DNA from: Takakia lepidozioides
Taxonomy: Eukaryota > Plantae > Bryophyta
NCBI GenBank assembly: GCA_030704615.1
Contig: CM060734.1
Span: 39,742,001-39,806,000, forward strand
Length of the DNA: 64,000 nucleotides
Direction of reading: 5' to 3'
The notes below the pieces were generated by a model that worked only from the letters and a program-made list of their open reading frames with translations, was not told the origin of the DNA and ran no database searches. Below, one piece after another: positions 48,001 through 60,170 of this stretch (within the stretch, counting starts at the first letter, position 1; every line of letters begins with the position of its first letter). A program made the position numbers and the translations under genes.

Positions 48001-51000
48001 TTCTGCCCACTGACAGGTGCTGGCACCCTTGCTGGTGCTGGTCCTTCAGGACCTGTTGTTGTTATGGTGGATCTTCCACCAAGTGGTGGCCCTTGAGCAC
48101 TCTTTGCTACTGGCCCCACGATATTCACAGTATTCCCAGCTTCAGTTGCACTACTTCCCACACTCCCTGTCCCCCCGAGCCAGATCCAGGCAGCCCGCCT
48201 GATCCCCTTGAGCCGACACCTTCGTTGGCCTGTGATCCAAGTGCTCCACTTGATCCAGGTCCAACGGGTTGGGATGTCCTGGTTGTAGTCTCAACCTCAG
48301 CTGTTGGGTCTACTTCTTCATACTCTTCCTTTCCAATTTCTTCTCCCTGTTTTCATCCTCCAAGTTCTGCCTTGGGTTTCTTCTTCACTCATGTAACTCA
48401 ACTGCAATGGTGTTGGAGAGTCTGAACTCTCCTTTGGCTCTGCCACATCCTCTCCTCCTCCTTCACCTTCCGCTTCAGAAACTGGAGTTCCTGCTTTTGG
48501 TGTTCCATGCCAACTCTTATCAAAGATTTCTGTCAAATCTTTTATCCAGGGATGTACCTCAGATCTTTCACCTCGTGATTGATCTTCTTCCCGTACCAAT
48601 TCCCTTAATCTTTCTTGCAAAGAAACAGAAGGAGTGGCATCCAACTCTAGTTCTTCCGGTATGGGTGATGTACTCTTTGATCTTAATGGTGTGAGAGGTC
48701 CAGATGATTCCCCTATGTCTATTCCTCTCTCCCAAAGATATGGATAATTAGCTTTCAGATAGCTTTCTCTTTTTGCTGAATATCTCTGGCGTCTAGCTTC
48801 TCTTTCATCACTCATGTCCCATGTCTTTCATTTCTTTTAATGTGGCAATAACAAAACTCTCTTCTGTAATATCTCTCGTATATGCCTGGGTTTCTTTCAA
48901 GCTTCAATGCACCCTTGGTTATACTTGAAGTCTCCGTTACCATATAACCATATGGCAAACAAGTCTGGAAAGCTGTTCTTGGTGTGAGTTTGATCCACAA
49001 ATATCCTTTGGAATCCAATTCTTACCAGTACAAGCTCTTCATGCATATGAGTATAAACATTCACCTTTCTTTCCTCCCAGCCTTCAAACTCTACTCGCTT
49101 AATGGATAGCAATGCTATCACATAACCAATGTTGGTAACCAACGTGCTCTTCCTCTACAGGCCACCTGATAAATCTTTATCACTCTTTTCTCCAGACCCC
49201 ACTCAGGGTCAGCATCATGCACTCTCTTAAGAATGTTTTTCTTTACAACCGTCCGACAATTCCAAAAACCTCTGAAGAATCGTTTGGACAATTTTTCCTT
49301 CTCAGTTTCACAGGAATTTGATTCATTCAAATTCTTTAATTCTCCATCCACCATGATCCCACCAGATGCCTGTCACATCTGGTTGTTCATGACCCAGATC
49401 CCCAGTATGGTCGCCAAATGTCGCGTGGCTTTTACTCACCCATCCCTTTGCTATCCGAGGCGGAAACTCCAAGATAGAAGAGTTGGAAATCTCTAAGTAC
49501 TCAGCCCGCTCAGAACAATCAGTCATGACCTATAGCTAGTGTATCATGGGGGTGTTTCCTATTTGTTTTCCTTTCCGCATTCATATTAGCTAGCTACCTT
49601 ACTATTGATAATTAAGTATCAGTTTGCTTCATCAATCTATCGGATTCCATCAAACTCATCCATTCATTCCACAGCTTCACTCGGATCTCTCTACACAGTA
49701 TGAGTATGAAGTATGTATCAGATTAATATCTATCAAGTATCAGGCAGAAGCCATGGTGACTCTAATCTACTCTACATTACAATTCTATAGCTTGCATTCA
49801 TCAAGTAACAATAGATCATCATTTCTCCTACTCCGTACTCTTCATCTTTCTGCTCAGAGATCCCCTCTCTGTCTCATTTCCCTTCCTCATGTCCGAAGTC
49901 CCCTCCCGAAGTCATGTCCAGAAGTGATCTCCACAATCGATGTCAAGAACTGATCAAGCCGTGATCTCAAGAAGTGATCCTCCTCCTGTCCTCGCTCCTC
50001 TTTATTTTCCTACCCGTTGTTCTAACCGTTTCCCACTAACCGTCGTCTGTGAACTAATCATGTTCCATTCGCAGATGTTGTTCCCCACAGTCGTTCCCTG
50101 TCCTGCTATCCGTTCCCTACGGTCGTGACAGCTGTGTCAAGCTGTGACTGGCTGTGTGGCTGTGACGGGCTGTGACTGGCTGTGCAACTGTGTTGGGCTG
50201 TGTCGGGCTCTGGCTGTGTGGCTTTGTCGGCTGTGTCGGCTGTGACGGGCTGTGGCTGTGACGGGCTGTGAGGGCTGAGTTGCTGTGATGGCTGTGGCTG
50301 TGACGACTGAGACGGGCTGTGTCGGACTGTGACGGACTGTGTAACTCCCCTCTACAGTGCGCTGCTGTCACCCCTAAGGCTCCTGTTGGTCTCAGTCTGT
50401 GCAAAAATTAAGGGTACTTCTCAGATCCCGTAAAAGTGTCTAAGTCCTTGGCAGTCCTCTAACAAAGGCCACCGGCACAACCCCCCACAGCCCGTCACAG
50501 CCCCATCCATGGCCGCTTTGGCAGTTTAGCCATTTCTCCAAGGGGTTTAGCCACACTTAGCTAGGGTTTGTGTCTCTTGGACTCTAGGCTTCTTTCCACC
50601 GAGCTATGGCGGCTGTGAGGAAATCCGCAAGGTATTCTTGCTCTTTCGGCTCCCACACACCACCATAGTAGCCCTAAGCCATGAGGTGGTTCCACAAACC
50701 AAGCCTTCTTTCTCACTTAGCCTCCCCAAACACGCCACTAAACTCAATGGCAAACAACCAAGCCCTGCTGGTTCCCAGCCCTTGTGAGCACTCATTCAAG
50801 CACTCTCCTTGGTCATAACATCTGTCTTAGAGCCTATTCCAGCCCCCTACACCTGCTGCTTCAAGAGTTGCGCTCCCTTCAAGCTTGAAGTTGAAACCCC
50901 AACTCACATAGGCCCTACAAGTGCTTTTCTTTCACTCCAAGTGGAAGCCAGCTCTAGACCTTCCGTTCTAGCTCTCTAAGGCTTGAAAACAAGAGCCTCA

Positions 51001-52390
51001 ATGGGCTAAAGGCATGCTCCACACATGCCCCACTCTCACCATAAGAGAATCAGCTCTTTTGCTTCATTTCTTGCACCCACAAACCTGAAAATACAAGCTT
51101 CAGCAGGCTGAAAGCATGCTCCACATGCCCTACAGGGGAAACCAGCCCCTTCCTTCCTTTCTTGCACTCCCACACCTGAAAGTGCAAGCCTTCACCAGGC
51201 TGATAGCATGCTCCACACATGCATTTCCCCTCACATAAGGGAAGTCAGCCCTTCCCTCTTCCTTGCTTGCCCTCCAAGCTTGAAGATGGAAGCTTCAATG
51301 AGCTGAATACATGCTCCACACATGCAACCTCTTCACACAAGAGATATCAGCCCCCTATCTTGGCTCCTTGGCTCCTTGATGCTCTAAGACAAGACTAAGC
51401 ACTCCACAGCCCTTGCCAAGCTCCTGAAACCCTAAGGCTTATATTTCCAGCCACAAGACACTCCTCTTGTGGTGCAAGAACTTTTCTTCCAAGCTCTGAA
51501 ACCCTAGGTGCACATTCCATGGCCTTGCCGCACCTCTTAGCTCCTGTTCCAGCCCCGCTCTTGCCATGGCAAGAGCCCTCATACCGCTGGAGTTTCAGAT
51601 TGAAACCCCCAACTCAACATAGCCACAAATGCATTGGCTTGCATACAAGAGAAATCAGCCATCTCTTTTCACTCATACCTCCTTATGAGCTTTGGAGCCC
51701 GATAACTGTGACTTACATTAACACCCTCGCAGCTCCACATTGCTGCAGCTCCTTAACTTGGCCTGCAGCTGAAGAAGACGACCACCAGTTCACCCACTCG
51801 AGACCAGCATCTCCCCCGCTTCACACTAGAAGCCCAAACTTGGTTGCCATAGCGTTGAGCTATGCAACGCCGCTCTTCAACATAGGCTACCCGCCTCTCT
51901 ATCCATTGCAACCTGCAACCTGTTCGCCTTTGCACTCTATCCACTTTGGATACGCTCATGCACGGATCCCTGCACTCTAGGCTGAACCGCTTCTCATGAA
52001 AACACAAGTGCTACAAAGCAACTCGAACCTGGCACTCACAGACTCGAGCTGATCTTTCTCGAGTGATAAAGAAGAAGAATACAAGCACAAGCTCATGCGA
52101 GCTCACAAAGCTGAAGCATAAACTCATGCATATATAACCTTATCACTCAAATACAAGTCAAGCCAAGTGCACCCCACGCCATGGGGAATCCACACTACGA
52201 CGCCATAGCTAGGCGTGGTGAGGCTCAACTCGAGAAAGATGAGCCTCCCGCGCTTGCCGTGAAGATAACCACTCCAGGGCCTAAATCTGCCTTGATCCCT
52301 GGATTGACACTTGGGCCAATCCCAAATGTCAATATGTAAAAGCTAGCTATTTCCTACCTAGTTTCACACTAGTGGTAAAATAACTTGACA

Positions 52391-52924
52391 CCCTTTTCTT
52401 GCCCTCTCCGCCGCAAGTCTTTCTTCCTCAACCCTCGCCGGGTCCAGTTCAGACGTTTGCACTTCATTCCCATGCCCGATTGAGTCAACCCCATCGATGA
52501 CGCGGTCAATGTCCATTGGTGGCATATTCAAACGCGCCAATATGTCTTGCTCGTTGGTGATTGGCCTCGGGTGCTGAAGCACACCGCGTACGCTGTCGAG
52601 AGTCCCCAACCCCATTCTTTCCAGCAACTTCGCTATTTGCCACCGTTGCAAATGAACAATGTCTTGCAGGTCTTTGATGTGCTGTTCATGTGCGGCCAAC
52701 TGTTCCTCCAATGGAGAGCGTACCTCGCCCCCCTCCACCTCAGACGTTGAAGGCCCGGCTGCGTAGACCTGTTGCGGCGTATAATCTGGAGGTTGGTTTG
52801 CATTCCTTCTTCTTCCACACCGTCGTTTCCATCCGCATTTCCTCCTTCTTCCACCTCGTCGTTTCCATCGAACCGTATGTTCATGCCCCTGACGTATATA
52901 CAAGTCTGGGATATCAGAGAACAT
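52391..52924 (-). pseudogene. Unknown ORF, probably a second gene of the hAT element, cut by the family A insertion
   Basis: About 180-aa protein-like ORF (LEEQLAAHEQHIKDLQDIV coiled coil) running up to the LTR junction. Confidence 0.45.
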
Positions 52925-53807
52925 GTATAGTCTACTTAGTACGCCGTCTCGCAGTGGCAGTTTGCCAATCCACCGGTCGCAATAAAATCAACTCTGTGTA
53001 CAACATGGCCGCAAATAAATACGGAACCTTGTTGTGATGAGCGTTTGACCCACAATGTTGTATTACCTCCTCGCCCTGTGGCGGAAATGCGGGTTGGCGC
53101 AAGAATGCAAGCTATCTTGATTCTGTTTGGTTTGTGGATCATGCCTATTTCTGGGCCACAAACGATTTATATGACATCAGTCCACAAATTTCCTGCAGTC
53201 ACCAAGCGATCACCGCTGCCCCAACTTCCAAACTTCCCAACCTAGTTCCGCAAGAATGTTGGGGTCATTGCATATGTCCCAACGAAGTTGCGCCTAGCCC
53301 CTTTTGGTTTTTTTTTGGGAGGTCCAGGTTCATTATCGTCATCCCTGGGATGACCTCCTCTGTCCTCCTCCTCCGCCATTTATAGCTTTGGCTTACCCCT
53401 ACTCGACAGGTTGTTGCTAAGAAAAATGCTCTCCCAACCCTCCTAAATCGTACCTAATCCTACTCCCTGATGAATCCTCCCCAAGTACTAGAGGCACGTA
53501 TCACTCCCTCGGCAATTCTAAGAGAAATGACGCGATGTGCAATGAAAAAAACGTGGGTGCCAGAGGAGGGCTTCCCGGGAGGTACTCAGCATCGAATTCA
53601 TAGAATCCAACGGCCCAAAATACCCCCCACCCAACCAATAGCACCCCTCTCCACTTGGACTCAATGACAAGGAATGCAACATCCTATCGCCCACTAAGTC
53701 CTGGTGTGGAGAAAAGTGAGGGAGAGAATGGCATCCAAGGCCTTATAAGCCCCCCCTCCACACTCAGGGCGCGCGCTGTCATCATGACTGCGCACGCTAG
53801 TAATGGC

Positions 53808-54720
53808 TGCGACCGCCAGCAGGGGTGGTCGCATTTTCTTTTCTTTTCTTTATTATGTGCGACCACTAGCAGGGGGGTGGTCGCATTTTTTATTTTTTTA
53901 ATAGGTGCGACCACTAGCAGGAAGGTGGTCGCAATTTTTTTTTTATTTTTTTAATGGGTGTGACCACCAACAGGGGGGTGGTCGCAGATTTGTTTATATT
54001 TTTTAATGGATGCGACCACCAGCAGGGGGGTGGTCGCAGTTTTTTTTTTTTTTTTTTAATGGGTGCGACCACCAGCATGGGGGTGGTCGCAGTTTTTTTT
54101 TTTTTTAATAGGTGCGACCACCAGCAGGGAGGTGGTCGCATAATTTTTTTTTTTTTAATAGGCGCAACCTCCAGCAAAAGGGTGGTCGCACAAATTTTGT
54201 TTAAAACAAATAGGTGCGACCATCACCTGCTGGTGGTCGCACTATTTTCCTTTTCTTTAATAGATGCGACCACTAGCAGGGGGGTGGTCGTAAGGGGGTG
54301 GTCGCATAATTTTCCGATTTTTTCATATCTACCAACAGTCAGTAGCTCAGTTGGTTAAGTGTACTCAGTGCGACCCGGACGATTCTGGGGTCAAATCTTG
54401 CTACTTGATGGGTGTGGTATGGTTCGTGTGTGGTGCCCCATTCCTACGCCTCTTGGCGCATAAATGAAAGAGGTTATTTTCTCCTCTCACTACTAAGGGG
54501 CCTGATTTGTGAGCTGTCGCTCCCAAGTGTTTCCCAAAAAAATTAAAAAAATTAAAAAAAAAAATCTGCGACCACCAGCAAGGGTAATCAGTAAATCAGT
54601 AAATAGGTGCGACTACCAGCAGGGGGGTGGTCGCAACATTTTTCTTTTATTTTAACAGTTGCGACGACCGCTACTGGTGGTCACACAATTGTTTTTTTAA
54701 AAATAGGTGCGACCACCAGG
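53808..54720. repeat. Array of palindromic TGCGACCACC-N-GGTGGTCGCA units with T-rich spacers
   Basis: More than 10 copies visible, period about 40-45 bp. Confidence 0.92.
54338..54564 (+). mobile_element. Possible tRNA-derived SINE
   Basis: A-box TAGCTCAGTTGG, weak B-box GGGTCAAATC, tRNA-length head, about 130-bp body, A-rich tail; it interrupts the palindromic array; no clear TSD. Confidence 0.5.
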
Positions 54721-55322
54721 AGGTTGGTTCCCTTGCACCTGTATGTATGTTTGGAGAGACAAATGAAAAACACATGTATCGACTCCCTATGGATTTGTGA
54801 AGGGGAAGATGAATGTTGGGAGCTGCACCTGGCCTTTGTGGCTTTCGAAACCATAATAGGAAATCAACAATGTAAAGGTAATGACGAAACACAAACACAC
54901 GCATACCACCAAACCTTTTCTTGGGTACACATATCCCACCATTTTTATTTCCGTACACGTATGCATGTACCCAAACTGAAACATGGATATCCATGGAAAC
55001 ATACTACACATTATGTGACGGGTCACAGAAGTTATAGCTGTATCTAATTCCGTCTGGCATGACGACGATGGTATGATCTCACGTCTAGTACAAAATCTTC
55101 GTCCCCACTCACTTCACCCCCGTTCCCATGATCAGTGCTAGAATCATGATCTCCATCTGTTTTTTCGTTTCCAGAGGCAACTGACCGTTGGACCTGTAGT
55201 CGTCTTTGAAGTACGTTCAGTTGTCTCTCTAGTCGATTTCCACTCCTATCATGAATACCATCTAGGGTCTCAGGCCTGTTCACAGGTCGGTCACCAACAA
55301 AAGGTTGCACAATTCTCTGCTG

Positions 55323-58022
55323 TTACTGGGTTTGTCCCGGATTTCGTGGTAACCTGGGAGCAGGTCTCGTATGAGGAAGGCTACTCGCACGTACATCAAA
55401 GGGGCCGACATGAGAGGAAGAGGCATGAGATGGACCAGCGAGGGTCGAGGGAGCATGGTTCACATGCGGACGTCGTCGGGCCAGATGAAACGACAATGGC
55501 CGGTCGTCGTCATCCGATGGTTCGACTTGCAGAAGTCCCGCAGCAGAAGAACCATCTCCCAGGATCGGAGTAGCGATGGAAGGAATTACATGAGGGGGAG
55601 AGAGACTAGATGGACCGGCATGGGATGGACCGGCTTGAGAAAGAGAAATATGAGATGGAGCGGGGTGAGATGAAGCACGGTTCACAGGGGCATGATGTCG
55701 GTGAAGGAATGACAACGGCTGGTTATCATCATCCGACGATTCGACCTTCACATCTCCCGCAGTCCGTGGAACTCGTGGTGGCGGAGAGTTGACCTCAACT
55801 ACATTGTTGAGAGTGTGCTCCACTGGGGGAAGGGGGCGAACACCATGTCGCACTTCATCAACAACAAGGTCATCGAAGGATGGATGCATTGCAGCATCAT
55901 CGTCATTAAATTCATATGGATCATGTGGAGGATTGCCCACATCATCGGACCCATCCCAACCGTCGGGGTCGGAGTCCCTCGCGGCGTCAGTGTCATCATT
56001 GCTGCTAGATTGGACCTCTGAGGCAGATTCTTCAGACAACAGATTCTTCTCGTACCATGCAGATGCGTCACTTGCTCTCCTCTCTCGCAGTAGCCTACAA
56101 TTTGTGTAGACATAAACCAATTTGTCAGCCCTGGCAGGATTCAACCTGTTGCGAATCTTGTTGTGAACAAACGAGTAACTGCTCTAGTTCCGCTCACAGG
56201 ACGAGACAGAGCACACTTGAGCAAGAATATGCTTTGCAATGGGAGCTAACGTTCTTGCTCCAGCTTCAATCAGATCCCACCATTCATGTGGCAACATGTT
56301 CATTGTTTTTGGATCCGGCATGTCATGGAAAAGATTCTGCCGATCCGAGAAGCACTGGTACTCGGACAACGCTCGCTCTGCCATGTTCAAGGGTGCAAGT
56401 TGCATGATGACCTGTACAAGCCCGGCTTTGGCATCCACATCGTCTCTCAAATCCGTATTGTCTAGCAAGAATGGATTTAGCAAGGCCCCCGCATAATGCA
56501 AGTTCGTGCGAACCATCCGTTTGCGGTCGTAAAATGCATCCTCGGCCCTTGCCGCCAAATCATCGTCCATAGAAAATGGAGGGCGCCTCAAGGATTGCAC
56601 ATGCTTCTCAAGATTTTCCAATATCAACCATGCTTTACCCATTATTGGTTGTTTTCCATCAACCTCCCGCAAAGCAATCAACACCGGCTCCACCATGTAC
56701 ACAAAATTTGCACATTTCGCCCAGAAATTGTCGGAGCGAATGATTGCGCGGACCCTCCGACTTTTGCTCAAAGACTTGGACTTACGAGAGTCACGTAAGG
56801 TGCCCACATACGCATCCCATTGAGGGTCAATGATCACCTGCTCCAGACCCGCCCTCACAGTCACCAGTCGATCCACCATCAAAAAGTTTGTGGCAAAGTG
56901 GGTTTCACCTGGGTTCCTAAGGTTGTATTTGGGTTCATGCTTTCTAAACAATGTCAGAGGGATGTGATGTGTACGAATGAACGTCACAACCAACTTTGTC
57001 ATTTTTACTAGTTGTTTCATCCATGATTCTTTTCCCCAATCCTCCAAAAAGAGATCAAAGATATGAGCAGCACACCTTGGTAATATAGATGAGGATATCG
57101 TACCATCAAATATCGGCCATATTAACCATGTTAGATGCATTGTCCGTGCACACTTGAACAATTTTATCAGCTCCAATTTTATCGATGTAACTCGTCAATA
57201 ACCCTGCTTGATAACGTGCATCTTTTCTCTCCCCGCTTGTGTCAATGGATCCCAAAAATTGTTCCCCCGTAGGATAGACCAGCATGACATTGAACAATGG
57301 TCGATTAGTAACAGAACTCCAACCGTCCGCACATATAGTGCTTTCATATTTCCGGAGAGAATCATTTGTCTGTTCATTCATCTTTTGGGTGAGGTCAGAC
57401 ATAGCCTCTTCTAGCAATCTTGTGCGGAGATCGCGATAACTCAGAGATGTGTATGTGGACTTGGAATCGGACGTGGCTCTGACAGCAGCCACAAACGCAT
57501 GAAGCCTCGAGATATTGAACGGAATATTGGCCTCGTAGAAAAATTGGGCCCACTTCTTATTCAAAGTCTTCCTGTGCGACAAATTTAAGCCTTCTTGCAT
57601 TGATTGTTGCCTTAATGGTCTGGTCCGTACAAGTGCTGGCGTACAATCGGGTGTTGCTCCTGACCCACCGGCTTCTCCACGAACAACAGACGCCTCGCAA
57701 GAATCCTCTAGGTACAACTCTGAGGGACAGTTTGATTCGAACCTGGAGTGTTTGGCTCAGAAGCCGCGGCCACATCAAGAGACGGTGGGATATTGCCTCC
57801 ATATTGGGCAAAGTGGGCTTTCACTCGCATGGAGGCTTTTGGGCACAAACTAACCTCTGCATTCTTCCCATCTCTGTAGCCGAGGTGATATAACATGCGA
57901 TCTTTGCGACCCGTCAGCTTCAATGCACCAAAATTGCATTGAACACCGTCCTTTTTGTGCGGGTCTATGGTGAACCAAGGGATCCACTCCTCCCTCATCC
58001 TTACACCCAAAACCCTAACCAC
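55323..58022 (-). pseudogene. hAT transposase (BED finger, DUF659, hAT dimerisation region)
   Basis: W..F..VQCNF..R..HL..C; FFYEANIPFN; ADGWS; VQVCTDNASNM; CAAHIFDL; EWW..LA.IA..IL....S.SSCERN; frameshifts. Confidence 0.93.
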
Positions 58023-58364
58023 TGACTTAAGGTTGAACGAAGAACACTAGTAAACTTGATAGATTTGTCAAGAGCAATAGAAGTTAGAACAGAATGCGAT
58101 GGCCCAAAACTACGGCATCAATCCAAGTGGATCAACGCACCATGTAGTATTGTGTTTTTCGACAATTTGCTGCAGTGGCTCTGGTGGAAGCCACAACAGC
58201 AAACGGTCCGCACCCTCCTCTTGGGCTTACACTCTTGCTCAAGGAATAGAGAACATTCATTCGCCACAAAAGTGTTTGCTACAAAAGAAATGAGGGGCAT
58301 TGGGACCACCTTATATACCCTCCAGCCTCCAAGCCTCACACACTCGACGAATCAGATCCAATGC

Positions 58365-59030
58365 TGCGACCGCTCCAGGTCGCACGAGGAAGTCACATGT
58401 TTTTTTTTTAAAAAAACTGCTGCAATCACCCCCATGTTCGTGGTCACAGAGATTATTTAATAAATAAATAAAATAAAATTTTGCTGCGACCACCCCCCTG
58501 CTGATAGTCGCACCTATTAAAAAAACAAAAAATTTCTGCGACCACCCCCTTGCTGGTGTGTCGCACCTATTAAACAAATAAAAAATTTATACGACCACCC
58601 CCATGCTGGTGGTCGCACCTATTAAAAAAAAGAAAAATGCTGCGACCACCCCCATGCTCGTGGTCACAGAGAATATTAAAATAAAAATAAAAAACTACGA
58701 CCACCCCCCTGCTGGTGGTCGCACATATTAAAAAAAACAGAAAAATGCTGCGACCACCCCCATGCTGATGGTCGCAGATATTAAAAAATAGAAAAATGTT
58801 GGGACCACCCCCCTGATGGTGGTCGCACCTATTACAAATAAAATAAAAATTGTGCGACCACCAGTAGCGGTGGTCGCAACTGTTTAAGAAAAGAAAAAAA
58901 TGCGACCACCCCTGGTGGTGGTCGCATCTATTTTTTAAAAACAAAAAATGGTGCGACAACCCCTCTGCTGGTGGTCGCAACTATTAAAAAATAAGAAAAA
59001 TTCTGCGACCACCACCATTTGGAGGTCGCA
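58365..59030. repeat. Second palindromic TGCGACCACC...GGTCGCA array (A-rich spacers), subterminal
   Basis: Same unit as 53808-54720 in the opposite orientation. Confidence 0.92.
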
Positions 59031-59251
59031 CCAATTTAACAATAATGATTTAAAAATGACCTCAACTATTGGCGGATGGAGTAATTTATAAAACAATTCA
59101 TTCACTTGCCAAGGTGTCGCTTGGAATACAACGTGTCAACCTACGTGGCATATTTTTCACGTAACTCATGTTTTACTGATTTTTCGGCAAAACTGACGTG
59201 ACGTTGGTCGAGTCAGCGTCAGGTCCGACGTGACTGACGTGTACAACCCTG

Positions 59252-60170
59252 CCACCCGGGCAGTGTTCAGGATGAATCTGGTGCAATTCCAGCTTTGACG
59301 ATGTCACCATGGACCTCTTTCCCATTTTCCAGAGCTCCCAGGCTTGCACACGCATTGCAACCACAAACAAATATGATGTGGTCAGGCTTCACCCCTTCGC
59401 ACATCTTTTGCTCATAGGTCTCCAAAGCCTTCATACTGCGCCCCTGCTGTGTATACCCTGCAAGCATCGCGTGAGCCTCCATCCCACGCCGTTGCTGTGC
59501 ATATCCTGCAATCATCGCATTCCACGACACCCCATCTTGTTCAGCCATACTGTCGAACACTCCCTTCATACATGTCCACGAGGGTATTGTTCATAATGAC
59601 ATTTGGTACAATTGCAGCTCTGACAATGTCGCCATGCACCTCTTCACCCTTTTCTAGAGGTGCTAGGCTTGCACACGCATTGCAAATGCACAGAAACATG
59701 ATGTGGTCGGGCTTCACCCCTTCCCCCATCATTTGATCATAGGTCTCCAAGGCCTCCATACCACGCCCTTGCTGTGCATACCCTGTAAGCATCGCGTTCC
59801 ACGTGATCAAAGATGGTTGAGGCATTCTCTTGAACACTTGGTGAGCATCCATGATGCTCTTGCACTTAACATAGGGTGTTGAGTAGAAAAACACTTGGTG
59901 GGAATACACTTTGGATAATGTGAGTGTGCATCTGCTTTCCAGCTTCCAGACCTTCCATCTTGATGCACTTAAGCAAGAGACAGACATACGTATCTGAATC
60001 TGCTGAAATGCCTCGTTTTTTTACAGTCTGTAGAGCCTCTGTCAGATTGCTTGCCACACAAAGCATCTTCACATGCCCAGAAGTGCCAGAAGAGGCATTG
60101 TGGACTCCCTCTCTTGATCCCCTTGCAGAAGCTGTGGTCATGGTTGAGGTGCCTGATTTTAGCAAAGCTG
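59252..60170 (-). pseudogene. 5' part of a PLS-class PPR gene
   Basis: Repeats SWNAMIAGYAQQ.RGMEALE.Y..M..EGVKPD.I.F..CNACASL..LE.G.EVH; frameshifts and an internal duplication; cut by hAT at 59251. Confidence 0.92.

Larger units (their letters stand above)
36115..50464 (-). mobile_element. Full-length Ty3/gypsy family C element (non-chromovirus type)
   Basis: LTRs at 49419-50464 and 36115-37137; TSD AAGGC (36110-36114 and 50465-50469); PBS TGGCGACCATACTGGGGA (49399-49416, Ogre/Tat-style, probably tRNA-Arg); gag, PR, RT, RH, IN. Confidence 0.95.
30835..52390 (-). mobile_element. Family A copy 3 (LTR segment B, 5' UTR, gag, PR, DNMT), interrupted by family C at 36115-50464 and truncated by family B at 30834
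   Basis: Inverted homologue of about 12811-19305; starts at the same TGTCAAG (52390). Confidence 0.93.
52391..59251 (-). mobile_element. hAT-family DNA transposon; one terminus at 59251, the other not seen
   Basis: Transposase motifs; terminal CAGGGTTGTACAC on the minus strand at 59251 abutting PPR coding sequence; subterminal palindromic arrays. The left extent is inferred. Confidence 0.7.

Noticed and set aside
12805-52396. A single giant TIR element bounded by inverted segment-B copies with a CCTTT TSD
   Set aside because: The flanks belong to different sequences (PPR versus hAT ORF) and the match is offset; two oppositely oriented LTR elements explain it.
54338-54410. Functional tRNA gene
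   Set aside because: The T-loop lacks GTTC and no good cloverleaf or anticodon arm is evident.
53808-59030. CRISPR-like array of palindromic repeats with spacers
   Set aside because: The spacers are short homopolymeric A/T tracts rather than unique sequences, there are no cas genes, the context is eukaryotic, and the arrays flank a hAT transposase.
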